A stretch of DNA of 64,000 bases, from NCBI GenBank assembly GCA_943373185.1, contig CALSBN010000001.1, positions 1,027 to 65,026 of the forward strand, given 5' to 3'. Made by a program: the position numbers and the translations under genes. This stretch comes from Opitutus sp. GAS368. Its GTDB lineage: Bacteria > Verrucomicrobiota > Verrucomicrobiia > Opitutales > Opitutaceae. Below, piece by piece: positions 1 to 8,344 of the stretch (positions within the stretch are counted from its first letter, which is position 1; the number at the start of each line of letters is the position of its first letter). The notes beneath the pieces are model-generated. The model was not told where the DNA came from. It saw nothing but the letters and a program-made list of their open reading frames with translations, and searched no databases.

Positions 1-579
1 GCCGCGGGTGGCGACGATGGGATAGATGCGACCGTCGGAGGAGATGGTGAGCTGCCAGTCGGCGAACCACTCGGACCATTCGGTGTTGGTGTTACCGTCG
101 GTGTAGTCGCCGCCGAACATGACGAAGAGAGGGCGAAGTTTGCTAACGAGGCGGTTGGCGTTTTGGCGGGGCGTGCGGTTGTTGCGCGAATCGCCGCCGG
201 CGATGAACGCGAAGTCCTTGGCGGAGGCGGGGGCGGTGCGGAACCACATGCGGGCGCTGGTGCCCGAGCTGTCGCGCACGACGAAGTAGTAGGCGGTGTC
301 GGGGGTGAGGCCGGTGAGACGGGCGAAGCCATGGGTCATGCCCTTGGCCGTGGTGGTTCGCGCGGTGGTGGCGCTCGACGGGTAGCCGGCGTAGTTGGTG
401 CCCAGATCGGTGGGACCGTAGTGAACGGTGGTGCCGGTGCCGCCGTTTTGGCGCCAACCGACGACCATGGTGGTGGACGGGTCTTCACGCCAGGAGAGGC
501 GGTAGTAATCGGTGGCGGCCGTTAGGGTGGGCGCAAAAGCTCCGGCGAGGAGCGCGAGGGCGAGGAGGATTTTTTTCAT
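1..579 (-). CDS. secreted metallophosphoesterase, purple-acid-phosphatase-like (N-terminal part; gene runs off left edge)
   Basis: Absent from the ORF track because it is open at the window edge. Reverse translation from ATG (comp. 577-579) gives MKKILLALALLAGAFAPTLTAATDYYRLSWREDPSTTMVVGWRQ...LTPDTAYYFVVRDSSG...FAFIAGGDSRNN...FVMFGGDYTDG. That is a signal peptide, a PAP-type N-terminal beta domain, then GDxR / GGD metallophosphatase motifs. Confidence 0.7.
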   Translation of the reverse strand, partial: MKKILLALALLAGAFAPTLTAATDYYRLSWREDPSTTMVVGWRQNGGTGTTVHYGPTDLGTNYAGYPSSATTARTTTAKGMTHGFARLTGLTPDTAYYFVVRDSSGTSARMWFRTAPASAKDFAFIAGGDSRNNRTPRQNANRLVSKLRPLFVMFGGDYTDGNTNTEWSEWFADWQLTISSDGRIYPIVATRG

Positions 580-636
580 GGCGGACGAGCGGATGGGTTG
601 ATCAGGAGGTTGAGGACGGGAAAGCGGGATGATGGT

Positions 637-1587
637 TCAAGCCGACGGCGAAGCGGGGGCGAACGGCCTTGGCGGAACCGAAGCCGGAGCGGGCGCAGGC
701 GCGACCCGATCGATCCCGCTGCGCAGTGCGAAAAACAGGACGAGAGGCACGGTGGCGTGGGGCAGCCGGATGACCGTCTCGTGCAGCCATTGGGTCGTGC
801 TGTCGGAGAAATTTTCCCAACGGACAAACGAGGCGCTGCGGGCGAGGGCGGTCGCGAGGCCCCAGCAAGCGGTATAGACGAGCGCGGGTAGGGCGATCCC
901 GCGCATGGGCGCGAAGATGAGCCCCGCCACGACGAAATCGAGCACACCGGCCGCGCGCACAAATCGGAAAGCGTCGGCGTCACTGAGGCCGGTGAGGGTG
1001 GTCGTCATGGTGATCCACTCGCCCGGGGTCGGATAAAATCCGACGGCGTAGAGACCGTGGCAGGCAAACGTGAGAGCCAGCGCGACGCGGAAAGCGTTGA
1101 GCAATGCGTTGCGGGAAAAGGTGCCGCCGACCCACCAGACGAAAAGGAGCGGCAGGGTGAACTGGGTGGCGTATTCGCCGAATTCGCCAAGGCGGTAGAG
1201 TTTATCGCGGTAGTAACAGTAGGACAAAAACGTGAGTGCGACCGAGCCAAGGAAGAGCAGCGCCCGGGCCCAGCGGCGCGCCGGGGTAAGGAGCAGTGCC
1301 GCGACGCCACAGAGCACGTAGAACATCCCGAAGCCTTGGATAAGACGCGCAATGCCGGCAGCGATGACCGGGCTGGTGGCATAAGTCTGCCAATCGAGCC
1401 CGAGCCATTGGTGCACGACGCCCTCCATGGTGTCTTGGCTCCAAAGCAAGGAACGAAACGGAGCGTCCCAGCGCAGGTGTTGCCACGCACGGCCAAAGAA
1501 AAGGGCGGCACATGACCAGCGTAGCAGCGCGGTCAGGCCGGGCGAAAAATCGGACGAAGGCGAAAGGGGAACCGTGTGGGGCGTCAT
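637..1587 (-). CDS. polytopic membrane protein, unknown function
   Basis: 316-aa ORF with ATG at comp. 1585-1587. Multiple hydrophobic helices (FYVLCGVAALLLT, LLFLGSVALTFLSYCYY, FTLPLLFVWWVGG, VLDFVVAGLIFAP). Same strand as the phosphoesterase gene and 57 nt upstream of it. Confidence 0.55.
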   Translation of the reverse strand: MTPHTVPLSPSSDFSPGLTALLRWSCAALFFGRAWQHLRWDAPFRSLLWSQDTMEGVVHQWLGLDWQTYATSPVIAAGIARLIQGFGMFYVLCGVAALLLTPARRWARALLFLGSVALTFLSYCYYRDKLYRLGEFGEYATQFTLPLLFVWWVGGTFSRNALLNAFRVALALTFACHGLYAVGFYPTPGEWITMTTTLTGLSDADAFRFVRAAGVLDFVVAGLIFAPMRGIALPALVYTACWGLATALARSASFVRWENFSDSTTQWLHETVIRLPHATVPLVLFFALRSGIDRVAPAPAPASVPPRPFAPASPSA

Positions 1588-1757
1588 CGATGCTCGCCCG
1601 AGAGGAAAGCAGGGAATCGTGGCGATTTCGTGGCAGCCCGGTGACGAGTGCGTGTCAATTTCCCGTGAGCCGTTGACGGGGCACGTCTTGTTTCAGGGTG
1701 CAGTCGGCGATGGCAGGACGATCCACGCGGAAACGCAGGGCGACGACGCGGTGCCGG

Positions 1758-3212
1758 TCAGGCGAGCCTGAGTGAGATCGTGGCCTCGAAGCCCCGGGGC
1801 GCGCGGTTGCGGAAGACGACGGTGCCGCGGCAGGCGGCGACGGCGGCGCGCACGATGGCGAGACCGAGGCCGTTGCCGCCAGCTTCGTTCGTGCGCGCGG
1901 CGTCGGGTCGGTAAAACGGTTCGCCGAGCCGGGCCAGCGCTTCGGTGGGCACACCGGGGCCTTCGTCGGCCACGGTGAGAATGGCCGTGGAATCCACGGG
2001 CCGGACCGAAACCGTGATCGCTCCGGATGGAGCATAGCGCAGGGCGTTGCGAATGAGATTGCCCAGAGCGCGGTCGAGCAGAGCGGGCTCGGCCAGCACG
2101 GTGAGTTCGGGCGAAAGATCGGCCGTGACGCGGCGGGTGGGATCCTCGCGGGCGAGCACGCGCCGCACGAGAGGAGTGAGCGGCACGGAAGAAAGCGGGA
2201 CGTCGCGGTCGTGGAGCCCGGCTTTGGTGAAGGCGAGCAGCTCGTTGACGAGCGCGGCCATGTGCTGGACTTCTTCCCGCACGTCGGCGATCTGCGGCTG
2301 GAGCGCGGGATCGGCCCGCGACTCCAAGATTTCGGTGGCGACCTGTAGCCGACCGAGCGGCGAGCCGAGTTCGTGCGCGACGTCGCCGAGGAAGCGTTTC
2401 TGACCGTTGACGAAGGTGTCGAGTTGCTCGGCCATGCGGTTGACCGAGTGACCGAGCTGGCCGATTTCGTCGCGCCGACTAAGCTCCACGCGGGTGGCGA
2501 ATTCTCCTTGGGCGATGCGTTCGGTGGCGCCGTTCAAACGTTTGAGGGCGCCGGTGATGCCGCCGACGAGCGGAAGCCAAAAAAGCAGGGAAAGCAAAAG
2601 CGCGCCGGCAGCGACCGCGAGCCCCGGGCCAAGGCGAAGGAGCCGGGCGAGGGTCCACAGCGAATCGGTGCGAATGATGACCGTGCCGGGCGTGGGTGGG
2701 CCGAAGCCGATCTTGATCGGCACCCGCAGGCCGATCCAAGTCGCGGCGGGAGTCGCGGTGCGCACGAGAAATTTCCCGCCGCCCGGCGGGCGGCGATTGG
2801 ACGACAGCGGGCCGTCGGAAGCGGGAGGGTTTACAGGCGATCTGCCTTCGGGCGAGCGCGGGCCGCGTGGCGGTCGGCCGCGATCGAGTTCTTCGCGGAC
2901 CGCTTTTGGCAGGTCGACGGCGTCGCCGGCGACCTGCCGGCCGTCGTTGGTGAACAGAAAAAAATCCGCGCCGTAGTTGAGGCTACGCGAAGCGATGATG
3001 GCCGGTCGTGCGCTCTCGGGTTCCGCCTGCAGGTCGCTCGCGATCGAATCACCGATGCTCTGCAATTGGTCGCCGAGCACGCCATGGGTCAGCGAAGTCC
3101 AGCCCATGCCGAACTGGCTCACGTAGAAGCCGCCGCCCGCCGCTGCCAGCAGCAGCAAATTGACGAGTAGCCAGAGCGAGACTTTGAGCGAAAGGGGAAA
3201 CGAGACTTTCAT
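1758..3212 (-). CDS. sensor histidine kinase (CpxA/EnvZ-like: TM-periplasmic domain-TM-HAMP-HisKA-HATPase)
   Basis: ORF 1758..3458; start moved to the internal ATG (comp. 3210-3212) giving MKVSFPLSLKVSLWLLVNLLLLAAAGG (TM1). H-box FLGDVAHELGSPL, N-box LIRNALRYAP, G-boxes VADEGPGVP and GGNGLGLAIV. Confidence 0.9.
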   Translation of the reverse strand: MKVSFPLSLKVSLWLLVNLLLLAAAGGGFYVSQFGMGWTSLTHGVLGDQLQSIGDSIASDLQAEPESARPAIIASRSLNYGADFFLFTNDGRQVAGDAVDLPKAVREELDRGRPPRGPRSPEGRSPVNPPASDGPLSSNRRPPGGGKFLVRTATPAATWIGLRVPIKIGFGPPTPGTVIIRTDSLWTLARLLRLGPGLAVAAGALLLSLLFWLPLVGGITGALKRLNGATERIAQGEFATRVELSRRDEIGQLGHSVNRMAEQLDTFVNGQKRFLGDVAHELGSPLGRLQVATEILESRADPALQPQIADVREEVQHMAALVNELLAFTKAGLHDRDVPLSSVPLTPLVRRVLAREDPTRRVTADLSPELTVLAEPALLDRALGNLIRNALRYAPSGAITVSVRPVDSTAILTVADEGPGVPTEALARLGEPFYRPDAARTNEAGGNGLGLAIVRAAVAACRGTVVFRNRAPRGFEATISLRLA

Positions 3213-3266
3213 CGCAGGACCGAGTTGTAGCCTAGTCGGGCGTAAAAATCCGCAACGTTTACGCAC

Positions 3267-3305
3267 GCTTAACAAAAATCCGCTGCCTGCACACATCGGC
3301 TTAAC
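3267..3305 (+). promoter_or_regulatory. 39-nt conserved module GCTTAACAAA-N13-CACA(C/T)ATCGGCTTAAC, copy 1 (between the divergent kinase and YHYH-A genes)
   Basis: GCTTAACAAAAATCCGCTGCCTGCACACATCGGCTTAAC. It matches copy 2 at 6535-6573 at 10/10 left-end positions and 15/16 right-end positions. Ends 38 nt before the YHYH-A ATG. Confidence 0.45.
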
Positions 3306-3342
3306 CGCGTCATGGTTTCCTCTGCTCGCATCCTTCATCTCC

Positions 3343-5676
3343 ATGTCGCCCACAAAACAAATTCCCCAAATTATCGGAGTCGCCGCGTCGCTGGCGATTT
3401 CCTGCGTCTCGACCTTCGCCGCCGATCCCCAGCTCGACTCTTGGCAAACGGCCAACACCCGCCGCTACGCGCGCATCTACCCGACGGAGGCGGCCCGGCT
3501 GGCCGGAACCTCCGTGACGACGTGGACGCGCGGCACGACTTCACAGACCACGCCCAGCTACGGGGGTGTGATCCAAGTTTCCTCCTCGGCGAACTGGGTC
3601 TACCTGCGCACGTCCGGTCTCGGCACCCACGTGATGGGACCGTGGTATCTCAATGCCGCGAAGACGCAGGATTTCCCGAGTTACCCCGCCAACTCGGGCG
3701 CGCTTGTCCGTTTCCCGCGCACGCCGACGATTCCCGCGACAAAGACGCTCACCCCCGCCGGTCCGATCGGTTACTTTGTCGACGGCGTCGCCGCCTACGA
3801 CAACCGCGACACCTTCTCTTACATCAACGCCTCCGGGGCCGACGGTTCGCCCACGGGTGGCGGCCGCGGTGACGGCGTTTGGAACCGTGAGGCCTACGCC
3901 AACGAAGGCGTGACGTTCGACCCGGCCTTCGCGCATCAGGCGATGACCAGCCATCACTATCACGCCAACGCCCCGGCGGTGCGGTTCTCGCTCGGCGACC
4001 ATGTGGACTTCAATCCCGTGACGAAGATATACACCGAGAGCACGGCGCCCGTGACGAAACACTCGCCTATCGTCGCGTGGCTCGCCGACGGCCTGCCCGT
4101 CTACGGCCCGTTCGGTTACTCGTCGCCGATGAACCCGGCGAGCGGCCTGCGCCGGATGACTCCGGGCTTCGTCAAACGCGACGGCACCAACGGCACCACG
4201 AATCTCGTCTCCACGGGCCGCACGACGTTGCCCGCTTGGGCCGCCCGCGTGCAGAACCGCAACGCGACGCTGCCGGGCAACCTCACCGGTCCCGCGGTCG
4301 GGCCGGCGTTCCCGCTCGGCAACTACCTCGAAGACTACGACTACCTCGGCGATTTGGGCAAAACTCACGGGGTCGATTTTGACCTCAACGAATACAATGT
4401 TCGGTTTTGCGTGACGCCCGAGTTTCCCAACGGCACCTGGGCCTACTTCCTCACGATCGAGGCCGACGGCACGCCGAAGTTTCCCAATCTCATCGGCCGG
4501 CAATTCTACGGTAACCCCACCGGGGGCAATGTGAACGCGATCACCGAGACCGTGGTCGAGTATGTCCGCGCCAGCCAGGCCTCGCCGATCAGCGTGAATG
4601 CCAGCCAGGCCGGCGCGGCCGTGGCGATCACTTGGACTTCCGTCGAAGGCGCGACCTACCGCATCGAGACCTCGCCCGATGGCGCGACCTGGTCGGCGCT
4701 CGCCGGTGCGGCCGCAATCACGAGCGCGGGCGGCGACACGACGCGTTTTTCGACCGCGACCGTCGCGGCCCACTATCGCGTGACGCTCACCGCGCTCGCG
4801 ACCTACGATACCCGCGGAGCCGGCGGACTTTCCGGGGTGGGCAACGACGCGACCGCGAGCGTGGCGGTCGGCAGCTCGGGCACCGCGCGCTTGGTTTCGG
4901 TCGCCACGAGGGCTCGGATCGGCGGTGCGGCGGGCACGCCGATCGCGGGTTTCCTTCTCACGGGTGCAGGCACAAAGCCGTTGCTCGCCCGCGCTGTCGG
5001 CCCGGGGCTCACCCCGTTTAGCGTCGCGGGCGTGCTGGTCGATCCGCGGCTGAGCCTCGTGCGCGACGGCGTCACGCTCGGCAGCAACGACAACTGGCTG
5101 GCCGCCGACACCGCCACGATGGCCGCATCGGGCGCGTTCGCTCTCGCAGCGGCAAGCCGGGACGCGGCCCTCGTCACCACGCTCGGCGCGGGGCTCTACA
5201 GCACGCCGATCACCGCGACCGACGGCGGCAGCGGCGTCGTGTTGTTGGAAACCTACGACACGGCGATGGACCGCACGCCCACGCTCGCCGCCGCCTCGAC
5301 GCGCGCTTTTGCGGGCACGGGCGATGATGTGCTCATTCCGGCCTTCAACATCAGCGGCACCGGGGCGTTGCGCGTGCTCATCCGGGGAATCGGACCGACT
5401 TTGACCTCGTTCAACGTGAGCGGGGTGCTCGCCGATCCGACGATAACACTCTACCGCGGCCAGACCGCGCTCGCGACCAACGACAACTGGTCGAGCGGAA
5501 TCAACGCGACCGAGCTCGCGGCGGCGGCGGCGACGGTAGGCACCTTTACGCTGACGACGGGCAGCCGGGACGCGGCGTTGATCGCGACGTTGCCCGCCGG
5601 GGCTTACACGGCGGTGTTGGGCGGTGTCGGTGGCACGACCGGCACCGCACTCGTCGAGATCTACGCGTTGCCGTAA
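3343..5676 (+). CDS. secreted YHYH-domain protein with FN3-like domain and two C-terminal ~125-aa tandem repeats
   Basis: ORF 3160..5676; start set at ATG 3343 (MSPTKQIPQIIGVAASLAISCVSTFAADP signal peptide). Motifs AHQAMTSHHYHANAP, ADGLPVYGPFGYSS, NVRFCVTPEFPNGTWAYFLT. FN3-like ITWTSVEGATYRIETSPDGATW. Repeats at about 4885-5259 and 5281-5673. Confidence 0.8.
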   Translation: MSPTKQIPQIIGVAASLAISCVSTFAADPQLDSWQTANTRRYARIYPTEAARLAGTSVTTWTRGTTSQTTPSYGGVIQVSSSANWVYLRTSGLGTHVMGPWYLNAAKTQDFPSYPANSGALVRFPRTPTIPATKTLTPAGPIGYFVDGVAAYDNRDTFSYINASGADGSPTGGGRGDGVWNREAYANEGVTFDPAFAHQAMTSHHYHANAPAVRFSLGDHVDFNPVTKIYTESTAPVTKHSPIVAWLADGLPVYGPFGYSSPMNPASGLRRMTPGFVKRDGTNGTTNLVSTGRTTLPAWAARVQNRNATLPGNLTGPAVGPAFPLGNYLEDYDYLGDLGKTHGVDFDLNEYNVRFCVTPEFPNGTWAYFLTIEADGTPKFPNLIGRQFYGNPTGGNVNAITETVVEYVRASQASPISVNASQAGAAVAITWTSVEGATYRIETSPDGATWSALAGAAAITSAGGDTTRFSTATVAAHYRVTLTALATYDTRGAGGLSGVGNDATASVAVGSSGTARLVSVATRARIGGAAGTPIAGFLLTGAGTKPLLARAVGPGLTPFSVAGVLVDPRLSLVRDGVTLGSNDNWLAADTATMAASGAFALAAASRDAALVTTLGAGLYSTPITATDGGSGVVLLETYDTAMDRTPTLAAASTRAFAGTGDDVLIPAFNISGTGALRVLIRGIGPTLTSFNVSGVLADPTITLYRGQTALATNDNWSSGINATELAAAAATVGTFTLTTGSRDAALIATLPAGAYTAVLGGVGGTTGTALVEIYALP

Positions 5677-5688
5677 CGGAATAGAATG

Positions 5689-5718
5689 TAGGGCGGGGTG
5701 CGGTGACGCCGCCCTACA
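5689..5718. terminator. hairpin between convergent genes (GTAGGGCGG-N12-CCGCCCTAC), possible bidirectional terminator
   Basis: Perfect 9-bp inverted repeat at 5689-5697 / 5710-5718, lying between the YHYH-A stop (5676) and the regulator stop (5734). No U-tract. Confidence 0.35.
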
Positions 5719-5733
5719 GGGGAGGCGGCCGGT

Positions 5734-6477
5734 CTACTCCGGCGCGACCATCATGTAGCCGGCGGAGCGGACGGTGCGGATGAAGCGGGGCGACTGGGCG
5801 TCGTCGTGGAGTTTTTTGCGCAGTGACGAAATGTGGACGTCGATCGAGCGGTCGAAGACGTCGTAGTTGCGGTCGCGCGCCTCATCGAGGAGGGCCTCGC
5901 GGGATTTGATGCGGCCCTTGGCCTTGGCGAGGCTGGCAAGCAGATCGAACTCGACGGGGGTGAGCACGAGGGCCTCGGCGCCGAGCACGGCGGAGCGGGC
6001 GTCAAGGTTGAGCCGGAGATCACCGACGACGATTTCCTTCGGCGGTGGCTCGGCCGACGACGTGGCCTGACCGGTGCCCAGTGCGCTGCGGCGGAGCACG
6101 GCGCGGAGGCGCGCGAGCAGTTCGCGGGTGGAAAATGTTTTCGGCAGATAGTCATCGGCGCCGACTTCGAGGCCAACGATGCGGTCGGTCTCGTCGCCGC
6201 GCGCGGTGAGCATAAGCACGGGCACGGTGGACTTTTGGCGGATGCGTTTCAGCGCCTCGAAGCCGTCGAGCCCGGGCAACATGACGTCGAGGATTACGAT
6301 GTGCGGCGCTGAGGGCCCGATGGCGGTGGCGCGTTCTACGCCCTCGGGGCCGGTGTGGATCGAGGAGACGGCAAAGCCCAGCGGCTCAAGGTAGGTGGTG
6401 ACGAGTCGGCAGAGTTTTTTGTCGTCATCGATCATCAACACGCGCGTGAGACCGAAGGCGGAGGATTCGGCGGTCAT
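5734..6477 (-). CDS. OmpR/PhoB-family response regulator (CpxR-like)
   Basis: ORF 5734..6495 begins with TTG; the ATG six codons in (comp. 6475-6477) gives MTAESSAFGLTRVLMIDDD. Receiver motifs DVMLPGLDGF and LTARGD..DRIVGLEVGADDYLPK. Winged-helix RSIDVHISSLRKKL...IRTVRSAGY. Confidence 0.9.
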   Translation of the reverse strand: MTAESSAFGLTRVLMIDDDKKLCRLVTTYLEPLGFAVSSIHTGPEGVERATAIGPSAPHIVILDVMLPGLDGFEALKRIRQKSTVPVLMLTARGDETDRIVGLEVGADDYLPKTFSTRELLARLRAVLRRSALGTGQATSSAEPPPKEIVVGDLRLNLDARSAVLGAEALVLTPVEFDLLASLAKAKGRIKSREALLDEARDRNYDVFDRSIDVHISSLRKKLHDDAQSPRFIRTVRSAGYMMVAPE

Positions 6478-6523
6478 TGGAGAGAACTTGGGCAAGGTCC
6501 CGGGCCGGGTGCAATCGCCGAGA

Positions 6524-6573
6524 GCTTAACACCGGCTTAACAAATCGGGTGGGCGGTCACATATCGGCTTAAC
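6524..6573 (+). promoter_or_regulatory. conserved 39-nt module copy 2 (6535-6573) plus an extra GCTTAAC 11 bp upstream (6524-6530)
   Basis: GCTTAACACCGGCTTAACAAATCGGGTGGGCGGTCACATATCGGCTTAAC. Lies between the divergent regulator gene and the MbnP/MbnH-like fusion gene. The last heptamer ends 22 nt before ATG 6596, with AGGA at 6583-6586. Confidence 0.45.
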
Positions 6574-6595
6574 AGCGACCGGTCAGGATGGGCGG

Positions 6596-8344
6596 ATGCG
6601 CTTCGTCTTTTTCGTCCTACTGTTGCTTGCCCAAGCGCCGGCGGCCGAGCTCACGCTGGAGTTTGAATTGCGTTGGCGCGGTGCGCCGTTGGCGGTGCCC
6701 TCGGCGGACTTGGCGGGCGCGGGTGATCGGACGCTGCGCATCACGCGGTTTGCCGCGTTGGTGTCGGGCGTCTCGCTGGCGCGGGCCGACGGTGGTGCGG
6801 TGCGGCTCGACGGTCAGTATGGGTTCATCGACGCTGAATCGGGAAAACTGAACATGACGCTGCGCAATGTGCCGGAGGGTGACTACGTGGGGCTGGAGTT
6901 CCAGCTGGGCTTGCCGGCTTCGGTTAACCATGCCGATCCCGCGCAGTGGGCGGCGGGGCATCCGCTCAACCCGATCGTCAACGGACTCCACTGGGGTTGG
7001 GCGGGCGGGTATGTGTTCGCGGCGATCGAGGGGCGCTGGCGAGCGGCGGGGATGCCGGAGGAGCGTGGTTTTTCCTATCACCTCGCGACGGATGCCCGCG
7101 TCATGTGCGTGGGTTTCGTGGCGCTCGTAAAGGTCGCGGGACCGACGACGGTTTCGCTGGCGCTCGATCTGGGCAAGGCGGTGGGCGGCCACGTGCTCGC
7201 CGCCGACGATGGCAGCGAGACGACGCACTCGGCAGCGGATGACGCGCTGGCCGACAAGTTGGCGAACGCGATGGAGCGGGCGTGGTTTTTTCTGGAAGCC
7301 GGGCCGACGAGTGTAGCGCCCGACGTGGGTAGGCCGGTGGGGATTGGCGAAGATATCCCCGGCCTCGTTACCTCGTCCGCTACGACCCCACGACCCTTCG
7401 TCGTGCCCGCAGGGTTTCCGCAGCCGGAGCTACCGGCGGACAATCCGCTCACCGAAGAGGGCGTGGAACTGGGACGCCGGCTTTTTGGCGACCGCCGACT
7501 ATCGGCGCGCAACACCCAGAGCTGCGCCTCTTGTCATGGCATGGAAACGGCATTTTCCGACGGGCGCGCGCTGAGCATCGGCGCGGACGGGAAGCCGGGC
7601 ACGCGGAATTCGATGCCGCTTTTCAATCTCGCGTGGAGCCCGAGCTACGCGTGGGACGGCTCCCAACCGCGACTGCGGGACCAGGCGCTCGCTGCGATCA
7701 CGAACGAAGTCGAAATGCACGCCGACCCGGCGAAGATTGTCGCGGAGCTTGGCGGGGATCGGCGGGTGCGTGAGGATTTCGCGGCGGCGTTTGGCACGCC
7801 GGAAGTCTCCGTGGAGCGCATCGGTCTCGCGCTCGAGCAGTTCATGCTGACGCTGGTCGCAGCGGACTCGAAGTTTGACCGCTCGCTCCGCGGCACGGAG
7901 CAACTCACCGAGGAAGAGCAACGGGGCTTCGCGCTTTTCGTGACCGAGTATGATCCGGTGCGCGGGAAGCTGGGCGCGGATTGTTTTCACTGCCATGGGG
8001 GAACGCTCTTCACGGATTTTGGGTTTCGCAGCAACGGTCTCGACGTCGCGAGCGTCGATGCCGGTCGCGCTGTCGTGACGGGAAAGCCGACGGATGCGGG
8101 CAAATTCAAGACGCCTTCGCTGCGCAATGTCGCGGTCACCGCGCCCTACATGCACGACGGCCGTTTCGGGACGCTCGAAGAAGTCGTGGCCCACTACGAT
8201 CGCAGCGTGCGGCGGGCGGCGAACCTCGACCCCAATCTCGCGAAACATCCCGACGCGGGTTTGCAGCTCACGACCGACGAACAAAAGGCGCTGCTCGCGT
8301 TTCTGCGCACGTTGACCGATTCAAAGTTAGTTTCTTCACCATGA
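6596..8344 (+). CDS. fusion protein: MbnP-like N-terminal domain + di-haem cytochrome c peroxidase/MauG/MbnH-like C-terminal domain
   Basis: Signal peptide MRFVFFVLLLLAQAPAAE. The N-terminal ~255 aa carry an MbnP-type pattern (ITRFAALVSGVSL, YVGLEFQLGLPASVNHADP, NGLHWGWAGGYVFAAIEGRW, FSYHLATD). The C-terminal half has two CxxCH motifs (CASCH 7523-7537, CFHCH 7982-7996), RNSMPLFNLAW and FKTPSLRNVAVTAPYMHDGRFGTLEEVVAHY. Confidence 0.75.
   Translation: MRFVFFVLLLLAQAPAAELTLEFELRWRGAPLAVPSADLAGAGDRTLRITRFAALVSGVSLARADGGAVRLDGQYGFIDAESGKLNMTLRNVPEGDYVGLEFQLGLPASVNHADPAQWAAGHPLNPIVNGLHWGWAGGYVFAAIEGRWRAAGMPEERGFSYHLATDARVMCVGFVALVKVAGPTTVSLALDLGKAVGGHVLAADDGSETTHSAADDALADKLANAMERAWFFLEAGPTSVAPDVGRPVGIGEDIPGLVTSSATTPRPFVVPAGFPQPELPADNPLTEEGVELGRRLFGDRRLSARNTQSCASCHGMETAFSDGRALSIGADGKPGTRNSMPLFNLAWSPSYAWDGSQPRLRDQALAAITNEVEMHADPAKIVAELGGDRRVREDFAAAFGTPEVSVERIGLALEQFMLTLVAADSKFDRSLRGTEQLTEEEQRGFALFVTEYDPVRGKLGADCFHCHGGTLFTDFGFRSNGLDVASVDAGRAVVTGKPTDAGKFKTPSLRNVAVTAPYMHDGRFGTLEEVVAHYDRSVRRAANLDPNLAKHPDAGLQLTTDEQKALLAFLRTLTDSKLVSSP

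Noticed and set aside
3160-3342. N-terminal extensions of track ORFs (3160, 7981, 9137, 28622, 37504, 40486, 41410, 44121, 53193, 56202 and others)
   Set aside because: The extensions overlap upstream genes or promoter regions and lack signal peptides or domain sequence. Internal ATGs give canonical N-termini, often with ATGA/GTGA coupling to the preceding stop.
3541-4773. 410-aa minus-strand ORF antisense to the large YHYH gene
   Set aside because: Arg/Gly/Pro/Ala-rich low-complexity translation with no motifs, fully embedded antisense to a gene with clear domain structure. A typical high-GC shadow ORF.
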